Shown piece after piece: positions 10,505 through 24,952 of a DNA stretch of 64,000 nt. The position numbers and the translations under genes are program-made. Source of the stretch: Catajapyx aquilonaris (Eukaryota); assembly GCA_000934665.2 (NCBI GenBank), contig KZ538465.1:1-64000 (forward strand), written 5' to 3'. The notes below the pieces were generated by a model. That model saw only the letters and a list, made by a program, of their open reading frames with translations, did not search any database and had not been told where the DNA came from. Each line of letters starts with the position of its first letter. Position 1 is the first letter of the stretch.

Positions 10505-12368
10505 ATGAAATGTCTGCTGACCACCATCTTCATTATCAATCTTTGTAAGTACAACAAGTATTGCAGGCGCAATTCGCAAAAACTAATTATCCTGATTGTC
10601 TATCTGCAGGCTGCGGAAATCACGAGCCACGATTTTTCTTGAACCTGGGACGCAACAAACCGAGCCATCAGAACCTCTTACAGAACCTTCAAAGTCTGCT
10701 GTCCTCCACGGCTAACAATCCGCTCCAATTTTTTTCGCAAGAAGTCTATTGCGGTACGAATGTTTTAACAATTTTGCCATACACTTTCGAACAGTTGTTT
10801 TACTCCTCAGGTCCTGAGATCGGCTCGTTCAATAACTGCGGCGGAACCTGCTACAATCAAGGTTTGCCCGACTGCAACTTTCAAGGACTGGACTTCTTCA
10901 TTACGAATTCCGTGAGACCATCTCGGGTCCAATCCCTTCCCTTCAACAATGCTCAAATGCTGCGAGACACTAATTACAACACATCCTGTCCGACTGTGTT
11001 TATTCTTCATGGATTCGTAGAAACAGCGAATGCTCCGTGGGTGTTTGAAATGCAAGACGCATACTTCAAAAAGGTAAGACTTATTGTTTACTTGCTTCGT
11101 ACAATAATAATATTCTCCTTTCAGTACAAGTGTGTAAACATCGTACGAGTCGGATTCGCAGGATTACCGCACATAAGCTTTGTCTACATGTTTCAAAATT
11201 CCGAACTAGTCGGACGAAGAATTGGCTACTTCATCAAGCTATTAGTCGACTATGGTTCCAATCCGAACGATATCCACGTTATAGGCCTCAGTCTCGGCGG
11301 CATAATTCTCGGATACATCGGAGAATTTCTAGTCGCGAAGCACGGAATTGTCATCGGACAAATATCAGGTCAGTTGTTTAACCGGCAGTCTACGAGTGAT
11401 GATAACATTCCTTTTGCAGGTCTAGATCCGGCGGGTCTTGGAAATTGTTACTCACGTGAACTTATCGGAGGTTACATGCTGAATCCGACACATGCTAAGC
11501 ACGTTATGATAATCCACACCGATGGCGGCAACCTCAGTACAGGACAGTTCGGTTGTATCGATGCGTACGGGCATGTCGATTATTATCCGAACTTTGGCGA
11601 AGTACAGCCGGTGTGCTTTGGCGCATCCGCAGGTAGTCCCGATTTTTTGCGGGGGTTAAGATCATGCCGACTTTGTTTGTAATAATTCCAGGCGATCCGA
11701 TATGCAGCCACAGAGCAGCGACTAGATATTTCATAGACAGCATCAACGCCAAACGTCATTTCCGGTCCTTTCGAGTACCTGACGGCACCGATTTCAGCCG
11801 TGTTGAATCAGGCGAGTTCTTCGGAAACTGCAACAACGACTGCGGATGGATGGGAGATTCGTCGGCCATTTCGGATGGCGTTGGAGTCCAGTACCTGAAA
11901 ACACTGGGCTCACCGCCTTACTCTGGAAGCCAGTTTCTGATAGAAATTACGCTTCAAGAACCGTCGGTCATGTTAGTCACCATTTCGCTTTCGGACAAGA
12001 AACACTCAACTGGCAGGATGAAATTCACATCAACGTATGTATGCAATGTACACATCATATTTTACCAACAAGTAATGCCGTTCCAGAGATTTCAGTTCAT
12101 CGGCAGCTAAAGTCGTCATTGGAAAGTACGCTCCGATCGACTTCAGCCCCGGAAGTGCTGTAAGAGCAACGATTACACCTGCTCTTCGCATTAAATCAAT
12201 GGCCGTGACCAACGAAGACGGACAGAGGTACTTAAATGTTCAGTGTACGACTGATACGTAATTGCTAATTTGCATTGCAGAAAATACGGTTCGACATCGG
12301 ACGTACGGCTGGCTTACGGCTTACTTCCGACATCCAAAGTGAAGTTGACCGACGGGAACTCAAAATAA
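10505..12368 (+). CDS. Secreted pancreatic-lipase / phospholipase A1 family enzyme (multi-exon)
   Basis: Signal-peptide exon MKCLLTTIFIINL|; motifs FILHGF, GLSLGG (nucleophile Ser), GLDPAG (Asp), IHTDG, GHVDYYPN, CSH (His); C-terminal beta-rich extension. Confidence 0.9.
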
Positions 12369-12537
12369 AGAGAGCTTCCATACGAATTTTCATTTGTCAA
12401 CATTACAAGATCGAGACATAAAGACTTATACACTAGATCAACATGATCACGTCTTACAAGTTAATGTCCATTGGCTTGTTACCTGATCAATTGCGTCTGA
12501 TAATATGAATGCTTTATGTGGCACTGTAATCCGTACA

Positions 12538-15500
12538 TCAAGGAACGCTGACGACAAAGTTCCCTCTGGCGCTTTCGGACGGTTCGAGATTGTCCATTCC
12601 TGATGCGACTCTCGGTGCTTGTGATCTCGATCTGGACGCACTTCCCAAAATCAGTCCCAACATGCCCTGGATCTTCATCGATTCCTCCTGAAACGCAAGC
12701 TCGTGGTCTACGGATTGCTTCAATTTCTTGAGAGATAGGCGGATTTGATGATTCTCACTCCGGTACGGCATATAAATATCTGAAAACGTGACATGTACAT
12801 TACCTGCATGTAACATTTTAAAAAGTGATGAACTTACGAATAAGCTCTTTGGCTACGACGGCCATGGTCTTCATGTACATCGGATTCTTAAGTTGCCGAC
12901 ACACAAACTCGAACAGATCCTTCAACTCCTTTCCGTCCTTTCCAGCTAAAGCGGCTTTCAGTCCATCACGCCTGAAACATGATCAACATGAGCATCGAAT
13001 TAACTTTAATTTAAACCAGATCATACCTGATGAGCTCCTGAATTATAACGACGCTGACACCAGGCCTGGACGTAGTGTAAAACCCTCTAAGCACTTCTTT
13101 AAGCGCTTCCGAGTACTGGAACTTGGCCAACTTTTTGTCGAACTTGCTAAGGTGCTTCCGCAAGAGGTCCGGATCCTGAATCTCAATATCGCCGATGCGA
13201 GGTTTAAAGTCGGCGTGGACACGGTGAAGGAAATTTACTTTCTCTCGAGCCTTGCGCGAAACCACTTTATTCTCGCCATCTTCGCTCCGACCTTAGGATA
13301 AAAATTTTGTTAGCCAAACAATCCAATCAGCAATGATGTTCACTCACCTCTTCGGGATATGGCGACCAGTCCGTCCGCCATCCCAGCAATGATGAACTGA
13401 TCATCAGGGGCTGCCGCCAGACACAAGATGGACGACGGGAAGTCCAGCGTGTGGACAGTCCGGTACTGCGAAATGTCGTGAACTTTAATCTTCCTGTCCA
13501 GCGATCCAGACAAAAGTCGCTTCCCCTCCGAAGCGAGCTGCAGGCACGTCACTGTCTTGTGGTGCTGAGCCACAGTCGCAACCCGTCGTCCAGCCGACAC
13601 CGTGTCGGAGATGATGACGTCATTGCCACTGCACGACACAAGCAATCCCGGGGTCGGAAACGACAGTACGTCCTCCACAGGGAAGTCATGCTTGATCTCC
13701 AGAACTGTGGGGGGAAGTACAGCGAGTTGGTATCAATTAATTACTTGTTAATTACTTGTTATTGACCATTAAGCATTAATTAGTTGTTAATAATTGATTG
13801 TTACTCACATTATTACTTATTGTCAATTTGCTGAAAATGTCAATTTCATAGTTAATTATTGATTTATTAAGCTGAAAGTTGTTAATTATTGATTTATTAA
13901 GCTAAAAGTTGCTAATTATTATCATCCACATTATTACTTATTGTCACATTGCTTAAAATGTCAATTTATATTGTTAATAATTCATTGATTATTATTAATT
14001 GTTGTCAACATTATTACTTATTGTTAATGTTTAAAAAGTCAATTTTATTATTAATAAATAATTATTAGTTGATAATGATCGATTGATTACGAAGCTACTT
14101 ATTGATTGATTATGAAGCTAATTATCGATTGATTATGAGGCTCATTATTGATCGATTAAGCTAACTATTGACTGACAATGCAACTAATAATTAGTTGGTA
14201 AATATTGGTGATTTTTTTCCGAAGTAATTAATGCTATTTTAATATTTGATTTTCAATTAATTATGGATTAACTGTTAACTACTGATTAATATTTAATTAT
14301 TGATTGGGTATTGTTATCCCATTTGTTGTTAATTTTAAATTTTCGTATAATTAGTTTTACATTGCCATTATTAATCATGATGTTTTAGTGGTAATATTAA
14401 GTCAATATGCCGACCTGCTTTAGTGCTGGTGTTTGCGACCCTAGTGTCCCACATGCGCACGGTGTGGTCGTACGACCCGGACACAAGCACGTCCGGTGAC
14501 CCAGGCCAGACAAGTCCCGACCTGACGTAGTCCTCGTGACCCTCCAAGGTCACCAGGGTCTTTTCGGTGGGGACGTCCCAAAGCGAGATGGTCCGATCGT
14601 CTGAGAAGCTGCAGATTCTGGTCCCATCCGGCGTGAAGCACACTCGATGGACGGCCCTTTAAAATTGGATTCAGCATTATTAGAGCCACCCTCACATGAA
14701 CCACTCTTTGACTTATTCCTGACTCTGACCTGGTGTGACCCTTGAACACCCTCAGGAGGGACTTTGTGGCCACGTCAAACAGGCGCAGGACCCCTTCCTC
14801 TCCCCCTGCGCACAGGAGCCTCCCGTCGGACCTGAACGTGGCCCCGTAAGCAGCCTTGTGGAACCGGTTCAGATTCTTGTGCACCAGACGTGTTATCGGA
14901 TGGTACACTTGCACCTAAACCAAAATGCCAATTGCACATCACATGCTTAATAATGCATCGCACAAGTTGTACTGTACATCCAGAGCCATGGTTACAACAA
15001 TATTATCAGCATAATTTTATTATTATTATCAGAGCAATTGCCATATTATTAGTTATTGGCATTATCAATCACTGGAATTTGCTTGAAATATTGAAGCAAT
15101 TTTCTTAGTTTTTTGATATATCAGGTATTTGTATTATTAGTTATTAAATATTTAGTATTATGCTATTATTTAGTATTATTAGTTAAATATTCTTATCCAT
15201 TATTTGTATTATTAGTTAGACATTCTTATTAGTTATTTGTATTATTAGTTAGATATTCTTATCAGTTATTTGTATTATCAGTTAGATATTCTTATCAGTT
15301 ATTTGTATTATCAGTTAGATATTCTTATCAGATATTTGTATTATCAGTTAGATATTCTTATCAGTTATTTGTATTATTAGTTAGATATTCTTATCAGTTA
15401 TCTGTATTATTAGTTATTTGTATTATTAGTTAGATATTCTCATTAGTTATTTGTATTATTAGTTACATATTCTTATCAGTTATTTGTATTATTAGTTAGA

Positions 15501-16062
15501 TATTCTTATTAGTTATTCGTGTTATAAGTTTTCATTTAGTATTGTTACTGATATTCTGATTAGTTGCTAGTATTATTAGTTATTATTTGGAATTAATAGT
15601 TACTGATAGTCCTATTAGTTACTAGTGTACGCTATAAATATTCTATTAATTTCATTAGTCATTAGTATTATCTGTCATTAGTTTTTTATTGGTACGATCC
15701 AGTCCTCTGAGTCATTATTATTAGTATATCAGAATAACATAATAATTATGACGGTGAACTTAGGCTGTAAGGAGTAATATTTCTCCAGGGGAACGTAGGG
15801 CTGATTTTTGTGACCTTTGCGGAAGAGGAGACTGCGAAGTAGTGTGGGTCGACCGGCGACACGTCCACGTGGTTGATGGCGCCGAATTCCTTCAGGATCA
15901 CTGGTTCCTGTCGGACATTTCAATTAGTTAATTAAATGTCGTTTTAATCGAAACGCATGCTGCATGCTTCACCTGGAATCTCTTCCAGTAGGCGTTGTCC
16001 TTGGTGGCTTCCTTCCCCGTCTTGGGGAAGACCTTCACGTTCGTCTTCTTGAACGAATTCAT
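12538..16062 (-). CDS. UTP15: U3 snoRNA-associated protein 15 (WD40 plus UTP15 C-terminal domain), multi-exon
   Basis: MNSFKKTNVK...YWK, FRSDGRLLCAGGEEG, HEDYVRSG, SGSYDHTVRMWD, HHKTVTCL, LLSGSLDRKIKV, VVIIQELIR, IQGMLGLI. Confidence 0.93.
15170..15520. repeat. ~30-bp intronic minisatellite
   Basis: ttagatattcttatcagttatttgtatta repeated about 11 times. Confidence 0.9.
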
Positions 16063-17048
16063 CGCGATCGACTTGCCGGCTCAAGGACCCAATCTATTCA
16101 TCGAAATATCCGCGATCAAAAGCGTCGAGCGAAACTTTAAAAAAAGTTTTTCCAACACGTGAAATCCGCCATTGAACAAGTGACAATCGAAAGTGTGAGC
16201 GGAGATGAGCGTAGCGGTTATCCCCCCTCCCTCCCAAAACAGCTAAAGTATTAGAGTAGCGGCTAATACCGAGGTAAATCGGGCTAAAATCGTTAAATCA
16301 TCCAAAACTGAACTTTATTGAGTTATTTAGCGAAGTAAATTCCGTGCTCCGTGTTCTGTCAATATAAAAAAAACCAGTTAATTAAAATTTCATGCACTGT
16401 AAATTATTATTTACGGGATACATTATTTATAGCTATTATTGATCCCAATCGCTCCCATCCCGTTATTTTACACTGTAATGACTGTAATGAGCAATTTTAA
16501 CAAAATGACCTAGCCAGCCCATAATATGAATCAATTGAAATATGGGAACAATAATGAGCAACTATAATAAACTGCAAATTATCGCAATTAGTCAATAGAA
16601 AAGTTCAGTCACAATTTATCGCATTGGAGCAGTCGCTGTCATGTAAGCGCTATTGCTCTCCCAATTTAAAAAAAAAATCTCACCGTGCACACGTACCGCA
16701 ATTTACAGTGTACAGTACAGCACTGTACTATACACTTGCAAAACCTGCAAATACAATTGCAAATTATCCCTTCAATTTTGTTTCCCGTTTTAACTCCTTA
16801 TCTTGCAGCTACTAATAAACAAGCAGCGACTGTTTGCAGACTGTAGCTGTTTAGCCGAGAGCGGCTATGCTGCTTTCGGTCCCCCCAGTTCTTTTCTATA
16901 TAAAAAAAAGATGGAACGCTGTTGATTATTCTCTCTCATGTGACTTCTACTTCCCCCTCTTGCCAAAGTCTTGCTCATTGGTGTGGGGGATTTATTATTT
17001 TTATAATAATCATCCTTTTTTTTTAAGTAAATATAATTACGGAACGTC

Positions 17049-20000
17049 ATGAAGTGTGGTGGTGCCAGGATCTGGTGGATCGCCTGTCTGATGGCCACGA
17101 CGACGACGACGGTCTGTGCAGCAGAGAAACTGGAGGACGATGAGGAACTGCACGCTAAGAGAACGGTACGTGTCACAACAACAACAACATCACCACTGGA
17201 GAATGGAGGGGGGGGGGCAGGAATTAATTAATTAATTAATTAGTGTAAAAAATATATAAATTCATAACGCGCTCCCGATGGACGGCCAGCCCAATATTAT
17301 AGAAGTGCACAACAACAACAACATAAACTAACGGCAAGAGCCAACGGTACAAGAAAATATAAGATCATAATAATAATATAACATAACAGTAGTATAATAA
17401 CAATAACTTAGAGCAAAATAACAGAGTAAGAACACAGTCGAACCACAATTATTCGTCACCAACGGGACTGCCAGATAACTTAAAAGGTCGGATAACCCTA
17501 GTACTAAAAAAAACCTTAATGAAACACAACAAAAAGCATATAAAGTATAATAATAACTGATGGCAATATCATAATAAGTGTAAAATAATAGTATATAATA
17601 ATATTGTTATTATTATTATGATAATATTGATGGTTTGTTATTTATATATTTATGTAATAGGTGATCACTACATGTTCTTTTACACTGTATTTAACTATTT
17701 AAACAAATAACTCGGTCAATCTTAATATTAATTACGGTAATTGAAATATGCGTAACAGTAACAGACAACTGTTGGAAAGTGCACTGAATGCAATATAAAA
17801 ATTAAGAGTGACAATTAGCAGTTTTAAAAAGCTATTTAGTATTTTTATTATTATGGTTATTAGTAGCATTAGTATTATTATTATTATTAGTTTTTTATCA
17901 TTTTCATTATTAGATTTTTATCATTTATATTATTAGTTTTTTATTATTTTTAGTTTTATCGGTTTTTGTTATTTTTATTATTAGTTTTATTATTTATATT
18001 TTTTAGTTTTATTATTATTTGTTTTTTTAGTTTTATTATCATTGATTTTGTTTTAATTATTATTTTGAAGTCATATAATAACAACAACTGGTATTATTTA
18101 TAATTATTTTGCATTACTTCCAATGAGGCCTGAGGTAAGATCAATATTTTGCATCAGCTTATAATCCTACAGTTAATTTTAAATGTACATTACAGTTGGA
18201 GATGACGAAAGATCCAGGCTGCAACACGACCCGAGGAGCTTGTTTAAGCCGTTTCATGTACGTCAAGGCGGAAGGCAAACGGGACACGCTGCACCACCTT
18301 TGGAGCTTCGACGGCTATCCGACCATGCTTTTGGTTGGGACGGACAAGAACTCGTCCCTTCAAATCAATTGGGACGGCTACGGGAATCACGTGCCGGACA
18401 GTGTCAAGTTCAAAGGCGGGCATGTTGACTACAGCTTTGGAATCGTGCTCAGCAAGGTTAGGGTGCTCGTAAGTTCACATTTGATCAGCAATTTTATTCA
18501 TATTTTTGGTTGCAGTTGTGGATATTCAACGACGTAGATGACACTGGCAACATGAACAATATTAGTCCAGACCAAATCCAAGAATTTGGCTTGAATGACT
18601 TCAACTGGGTCGTGTCCGTCGAGAAGAATAAGATCGACGAATCCGCAGTCAAATTCAGCGCAACAAATTACACTGTCGACCCTAATGTCGTCAATCTCAA
18701 TGGATCCGTGACGTTCAGGGTAAGCCCAGATGACGGTGCAAAGTCCTCCGGTTTTTCCATTTATCTTATCTTGTAATCACTGCCATTGTCGATTCTTTAC
18801 GACATCATCAGCTTCTTAATCAGCTGGAATGACAGATACGGCAAGGTCGATCGAACTGACGAGGCCATTAGTCATTATCCAACAACCGGATTGGTTATCA
18901 CCGCAGATTCGATCTTCAGTGCTCTCATTAAGAATCGTACAGCACAAAAAAAAAAAAAGTCAGCATCATCATTGAACTATGTACATTCATCATGCGCAGT
19001 CGATTGATTTTTACAAAATTTAGTGCACCTACTGTTTGCTAATTAAAGCGTAACCGTACTGTACAGTACAAAATTGCATCGTTATTAAACTATCGATTTT
19101 TTTGTACAATATTTCAGCTGAGCACCTACGGGTCGAGAACAAGAAGCGAGACCCTTCCCCACCTCCTTCACACCGTGAATGCGACCCAACTTGACCTGGT
19201 CCTCGACCACGTGAACCTGACGGATTACAAGAATGCTCGATTCGCCATTGAAGTAATGGCGTTGGATCAAGATCAAGACGCCGAGGACGAAATGGGCGTG
19301 ATGTTCACGAGAACATTAGACGACGAGTACACGCCAGGAGTTTTCAAGGTTAATAAGACAACGAAATGTACCGACATATCTCGCCACCAAATGTTTAAAC
19401 TTTTTATAATAGATGTTATGAATAGCTTAGTTATGAATATTTTCTGAGGTTATTGACTCGAGCAGATAAGCGCGGTCATGCTCCACTGACTCATTTGCAT
19501 CACAACAGATAAAGAGCGCCCTATTTTTAGCGAATCTGTTTTATATGCATAGTCCGAACTTAACGAAACTTGCAATCATTTTATTTGCAGCTGTACCAAA
19601 TGATGAGTCCCGATAAGAACCATCGTAACGGCAGCAAAGGTTTCCTCGAATGGCGACCTGTGAGCTACACGGCGCCAGACCGAGACGTGACTCACACGAC
19701 GGCCGTCAACTACTACAAGATGCAATTCCCGCCTGGGAACAATTCCGTCACCGAAGCGTCGCTAATGAACGATTTTTACGGCTCAAACCTCACCAGAATG
19801 ACTCTGCAGGCTCTCAACATTTCATTCGGCGAACAAGGCGACGGCTTCTATCCGAAAACACAGTACACAACCTGGTAAGCCACCATTAGTTTTGACTTAA
19901 CGTTACGTTTTGGATAATCCCGCAATTTAATTTCCAGGACGTTCATCGTGAGCTACGGCAGCCTTCCCGGTGACGCCGTGTCCCTTTTGGTCATACTTGT

Positions 20001-20109
20001 GATCGCAATCGGATTTGGACTTCCGGCCACGATGATCGTCGGCGGGATCGGATATTTAGGAGTCAAGAGGCTGCGCAGGAAAAAGGACACCTTCCTGGAA
20101 ATTAACTGA
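17049..20109 (+). CDS. GLMP: Glycosylated lysosomal membrane protein (NCU-G1/GLMP), multi-exon
   Basis: Signal peptide; DTLHHLWS..GYPT, IFNDVDDTG, LPHLLHTVNATQLD, TLDDEYTPGVF, FLEWRPVSY, NISFG..GDGFY, C-terminal TM segment LVIAIGFGLP. Confidence 0.9.
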
Positions 20110-20580
20110 GACTTTTAAATCGTTAAATAATTGTTGTGCTCGCTCGCAAATGAACTGTGATATGCCATTTAATTTTTAAAAGATGATCTCGGTTCATAAT
20201 AATTATTTACACGGATATTATTACGCCATTGTCTTGAACCCCGAATAAAAAAATAATGCTGGTTTTACCACATCGTTTCAAGCGCGACTGTCCCGTAATC
20301 GACGAAACATTTGCATACCGGTTTTTGGGTATGTAAATATTCCAAATAAAACCAGTCGCAACATTTTTTAAGATTTTCGAGAAAGCGGTTGGCATTCCGC
20401 ACAAGAATTGAAGGGCGGAAAATTTTGAAACAGAAAAACCTTGTTGACCTCCTGACGCAAATGGCCGAATACAAACCGCACATTACTTCAAACTCTCGCG
20501 AAGTTCCTGTCCGTACAAGGAGCGAAAAAAAAACAAACTTGAAAGTACGCAAATGAGAACGATGCAACGGACATGACAAT

Positions 20581-23333
20581 TCATCTCTTCTTCATGTGTT
20601 CGGACACATCTTTGAAGCGGTTGGGTCCAGGCGGATCTGCCTTCTGAGCCATGAGGTACTCGGCCTGTCGGGAATCGCAGCGTTAAGAACTTTGTTAACG
20701 ACCGAGGCTTATCGCGCTGGTGTTTACCAGAAAGTCCAGGGGATCTTCCGGCCTGAGGTCGATGCAACGGCTGATCCCTTCGGACAGGGCGGGCATCACG
20801 TGCTTCATCAGGTAGTTCCGGAGCGGAAGTGCGTTCGTCTGCTGAATCTCCTCGCTCTCCTTGTCCAACTTGGCCAGGGCCTCCAACTGCAATTAATACA
20901 TGTCATTACTTTGCAGCTCTCACCATGCGGCAGGGCTTCCCGCTTACGTTGGGCTCGTGGTCGTGCCTGCGCTTATGCAGCCGCATCATATCCTCCTGGA
21001 ACAGGCGAGCCTGCATCGCCGCCAGCTCTTCCTTCCTGTTGCCCTCCTCCATCGCCACCTCTATCCGTCTGTCCTCCACGCTCTCACCTGCGTTAAAAAC
21101 GGTATGTAACGGCTGCGTACAACAGCCCAATCGCAACTAACCGTAGCCCGTCGCCTTCCCTATGATCGCGAACATCTCTTCAGCCAGTCCCATGCTCAGG
21201 TCCTTTAGAGCCGGGTCGAGACGTAGGATGTTCGGGAACACCTCGACCTCGTCGAAATAGTCCGCGACGACGTTCGTCCGCTGGTTCAGCTCCCGGTAGT
21301 CCTCAAGGCGCTGGGAAAACAGCGGCTCCTCGTTGCGGGTGCCCTCGGACTCAGGAAGCGACTTCATAAGCCGAATCAGCACGTCGTCCGCAGCCTCCAC
21401 GACGAACACAAAGTCCGGCATCATCCTCCTGTCGAACTCCTGACCTTCATCTTCTTCCTGCTCCTCCTCCTCCTCCAGGGCGAACCCGGTCGAGAACAGA
21501 GCCTTTGCCATCTCCTTAGTGTACGGGAACCCGTCCAGAACGTACCCTTGGTTCTGGCACGAGTTGGACGCAATCCTGGTCCTGAACAGGGTGACTAGGA
21601 GCTCGGGCGAGACGCTCCCGTTGTTCTCTACCATGTTGGTCTCCAGCGTATCCAGCAGCTTCCTTGCCAGTGCGGCTTTAACCTGAAGGTCCTCTTCATC
21701 GTCCCTGTCCACTTCCAGCACCGCACCTTCTGGAATCTCACGGGTTTCATAGGCTGCCAATTCCTCCAGCGCCGCATCCGCCTCAATCTTCTCCTCCCAC
21801 TGGATGGTCTCAGGCGTGAGGTGATGCGTCATGTACCGGTCGCATATGTATTGGGTCAGAAGCGTCTTGCCCGCACCGGGCGGACCCAAGATGCACACCT
21901 TCACCATCTGTTAGGAGGCCGTACGTTAAACGCTGATAAAATTAGTCGGACGCGAACTGACCTTAATTCCGCGGCTTTGCTTAAACTCCCTCGCCAGCCG
22001 CGACGCCATCGCGACGAACCCGTCCTCGCTTGTCCAGCGGACGTTGAGTACACTGCTGGCCAGGGCCGGCTCCAGATTCAGGTTCAGCGTGATGAGATCC
22101 ATCTGCCGTTTAGTCCACAGTCCGGAATCCATACCGACCGACACATCCGCTTTTGTCACCCGTCCGGACCCGATGGACTTATTGATGGCCCGGACGATAC
22201 TCTTTTGCGTACTTCCACTTCCTTCCGCACCCAGAAAGTAGTTGGTCTTTGGCCGTATCTCGATGATTCCCTGCACGATCCTGCGGACATATCGGTCAAT
22301 TGCTACTGTGCGAGGAACATTGTTACTTACTGCGCAACGTCCAGTATGTGCACCATCGGTATGACGTTGCTGCCGGGACCGTAATAGTTCATCATGGACT
22401 CGTTGCGCCAAGCCTGTCTCCACCATGGCTCTAGAACGTCCTGCTCAAGTCCGAACACCAACCCGCAGCATACGACGTACGTCCTGAACTTCCTAAACTG
22501 AACGGGACATTAATTACATTGTTAATTACAAGAGCGAACCAGTACCTCTTTTCCAGACTGTGTCACGAGCTTCTCGGTAGCCAGATGAGCCGCATAGTCG
22601 TCGTGCGCCTTCCTCCTCTTGTAGTCCTCCTCTGTGAAGAGCAGTTCCGTGTCTTCCTGTAATACGCATCATGTAACGTACACTCTATGTAAATTAACGT
22701 CGGAACAAACCGGATCGACTGGCTTAGTCTTCGCCCAGGTCATAACTGTCGACAGAAGTATGAGCGTCCGTTTCATCTTGGTGTTGTATATCATTCCCTT
22801 CAGGAGCGGCAGAACACTCTCAAGCTCCCGTATCTGCGATTCGTCCTGTGATATGTCGTATATTATGACGGCGTACCTGCAGAGATCACGGGCCAAAACG
22901 AGGGGGTTCCCTCGGTTGTACACAATGTGTTTGATGTGCGCCGGACGACGGTCGTCGTCGTTCTTCATGGTGCCTGACACCCTGTAGTTATTCGCAACGT
23001 TCACCACCTCCTCCTGTGGTTCTTCGTCAGGTTCATCTTCCACATCTGCAGCGTCCTGAGCTTCCTTCATCGAACCCATCCTTTTTTGAGACAGGTACTG
23101 CGGAAACATACCCAAGCCGTAAAGTACTGTAGCGATAAACTGTACGTTGTTTCCATTACCAGCGAAATGTTCTTTCCCATGTAGGTGTCTACGTGATTGA
23201 CAAACACGCCCTTTGGATCCGCACCATCGTCGCAGTGCCAGTCCGCATCGTAGTCCAGCGAGGTGTCCGTGAACTGGTCCACCGTCTCCACGAACTTCAG
23301 CCAGCTCGACGTTTGCGTCCGTACTTTCGACAT
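20581..23333 (-). CDS. AK7: Adenylate kinase 7 (NAD-binding-like N-domain, AK domain, Dpy-30 domain), multi-exon; start codon uncertain
   Basis: VFVNHVDTY, ILLSTVMTWAKTKP, DYKRRKAH, ICILGPPGAGKT, CQNQGYVLDGFP, PLRNYLMKHVMPALSEG...RPEDPLDFLAEYL. Confidence 0.92.
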
Positions 23334-23749
23334 GCTGAACACGCAGCGAGATCCTTCGCCTTCAACCGACTGCACAATATGACAATGAATAAAACATAAT
23401 GGCCTTGGTTACATTCTGCCAGAATTGCCAATTGAATGAATATTATAAACATGACATAATATCATAGACAGTGTAATTATCACCGCGGAAACAATAATGT
23501 TCCTCTAAGCGCCTCCATTTATTTTAATTGCACTTACTGCAAGTCACTTGCTAACATACATGCCGCATTTAGCAATTAAATATTGCTTGCCAAATTTTAT
23601 GCAGAAATGACATGTGCATGATAATTATTTAGACCTGCCACAGTATTTTTTATTGTAATTTTTATTGCAATTAAATATATTAATTGTTTGTAATCACACA
23701 TTCCTCCGAAATATGGAGTTCTTCTTACTCCCTTTGAAATGAAGCTGCT

Positions 23750-24430
23750 TCTGTTATTGTTATTGTTGTTGTTGTCGTGGTCGTTGCTGTTGCTGTGTCG
23801 TCGTTATAATTCTTATTGTTACTACTACTACTACTACTATTTAATTTTGGTTGTTGTTGTCGTGGTCGTCGTTGTTGTTGTTGTCGTTTTTGTTACTACT
23901 ACTATTACTACTACTACAATTGAATTTTGTTAGTTGTTGTCGTTGTTGTTGTCGTTCCTGATGCTGTGTCGTCGTTATAATTGTTATTGTTACTACTTCT
24001 ACTACTACACTACTATTTAATTTTGGTTGTTGTTGTCGTGGTCGTTCCTGTTGCTGTGCCGTCGTTATAATTGTAATTGTTACTACTTCTACTAATACTA
24101 TTTAATTTTGGTTGTTGTCGTGGTCGTTGCTGTTGTTGTCGTTATTGTTACTACTACAATTGAATTTTGGTTGTTGTTGTTGTCGTGGTCGTTCCTGTTG
24201 CTGTGTCGTCCAGTCGTCGTTATAATAATTATTGTTATTGTTACTACTTCTACTACTACTATTTAATTTTGGTTGTTGTTGTCGTGGTCGTTGCTGCTGT
24301 TGTTGTTGTTGTCGTTATTGTAACTACTACTATTTAATTTTGGTTGTTGTTGTTGTCGTGGTCGTTGCTGTTGTCGTCATTATGTTACTCCTAAGACTTT
24401 AATTTTGCTTGTTGCTTGTTGTTGTTGTTA
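23750..24430. repeat. Compound (GTT/GTC/TAC)n minisatellite between AK7 and eIF3j
   Basis: Repeated tactatttaattttggttgttgttgtcgtggtcgtt units. Confidence 0.85.
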
Positions 24431-24554
24431 TTTAGAGCTCCTGTGCTGCATGTCCCACAAATTCGGTGGACTAGAACAGCCATTTTAATATAATTTTAAT
24501 GTAAATTATTATTACAAAAAAAATGTATTTTAAAAAAAGTGGTGGGAAAATTAT

Positions 24555-24760
24555 GGTGACGTCACGCGACGCCCACGCCACACTTGCACCTGGCGGTCAC
24601 GTGGTATAAACTCCAATGAGATATAACAGGGTTGCCCAAGGTGTAATTGACCGCCATTTTGAATCCGGAATTCCACAAACTGTTGGATACATCATCCAAG
24701 CACCAATCACGGCCGGGAGTTTCGCCTCCATCTTGGAGCTCCAACCAATCACGGACCAGA
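24555..24760. promoter_or_regulatory. Promoter region of eIF3j, divergent from AK7: CRE-like TGACGTCA, YY1-like CCGCCATTTT, two CCAATCA boxes
   Basis: Motifs at ~24557, ~24651, ~24703 and ~24744 in a GC-richer island upstream of ATG 24953. Confidence 0.5.
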
Positions 24761-24952
24761 TCCGCGCAGTTAGAGAGCATCAACATGTCCGAAGTAAACC
24801 CAGTAATTTCACAATTGTAATTACTAATTACGCCTACTTTCCCCCTCCTGCCTCCTCCGGAACAACCCGAACAGCACCCGAGACAGACCCGACCGACAGA
24901 AGCGACGTTCCATTCCACTTTTCCAGCCACACAAGTTGTGATTCCACGAAAC

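Noticed and set aside
17433..17500. CAGTCGAACC pogo/Tc1-like terminus (similar isolated ends at ~37490 and ~45315)
   Set aside because: Single short matches with no partner TIR; too weak to call
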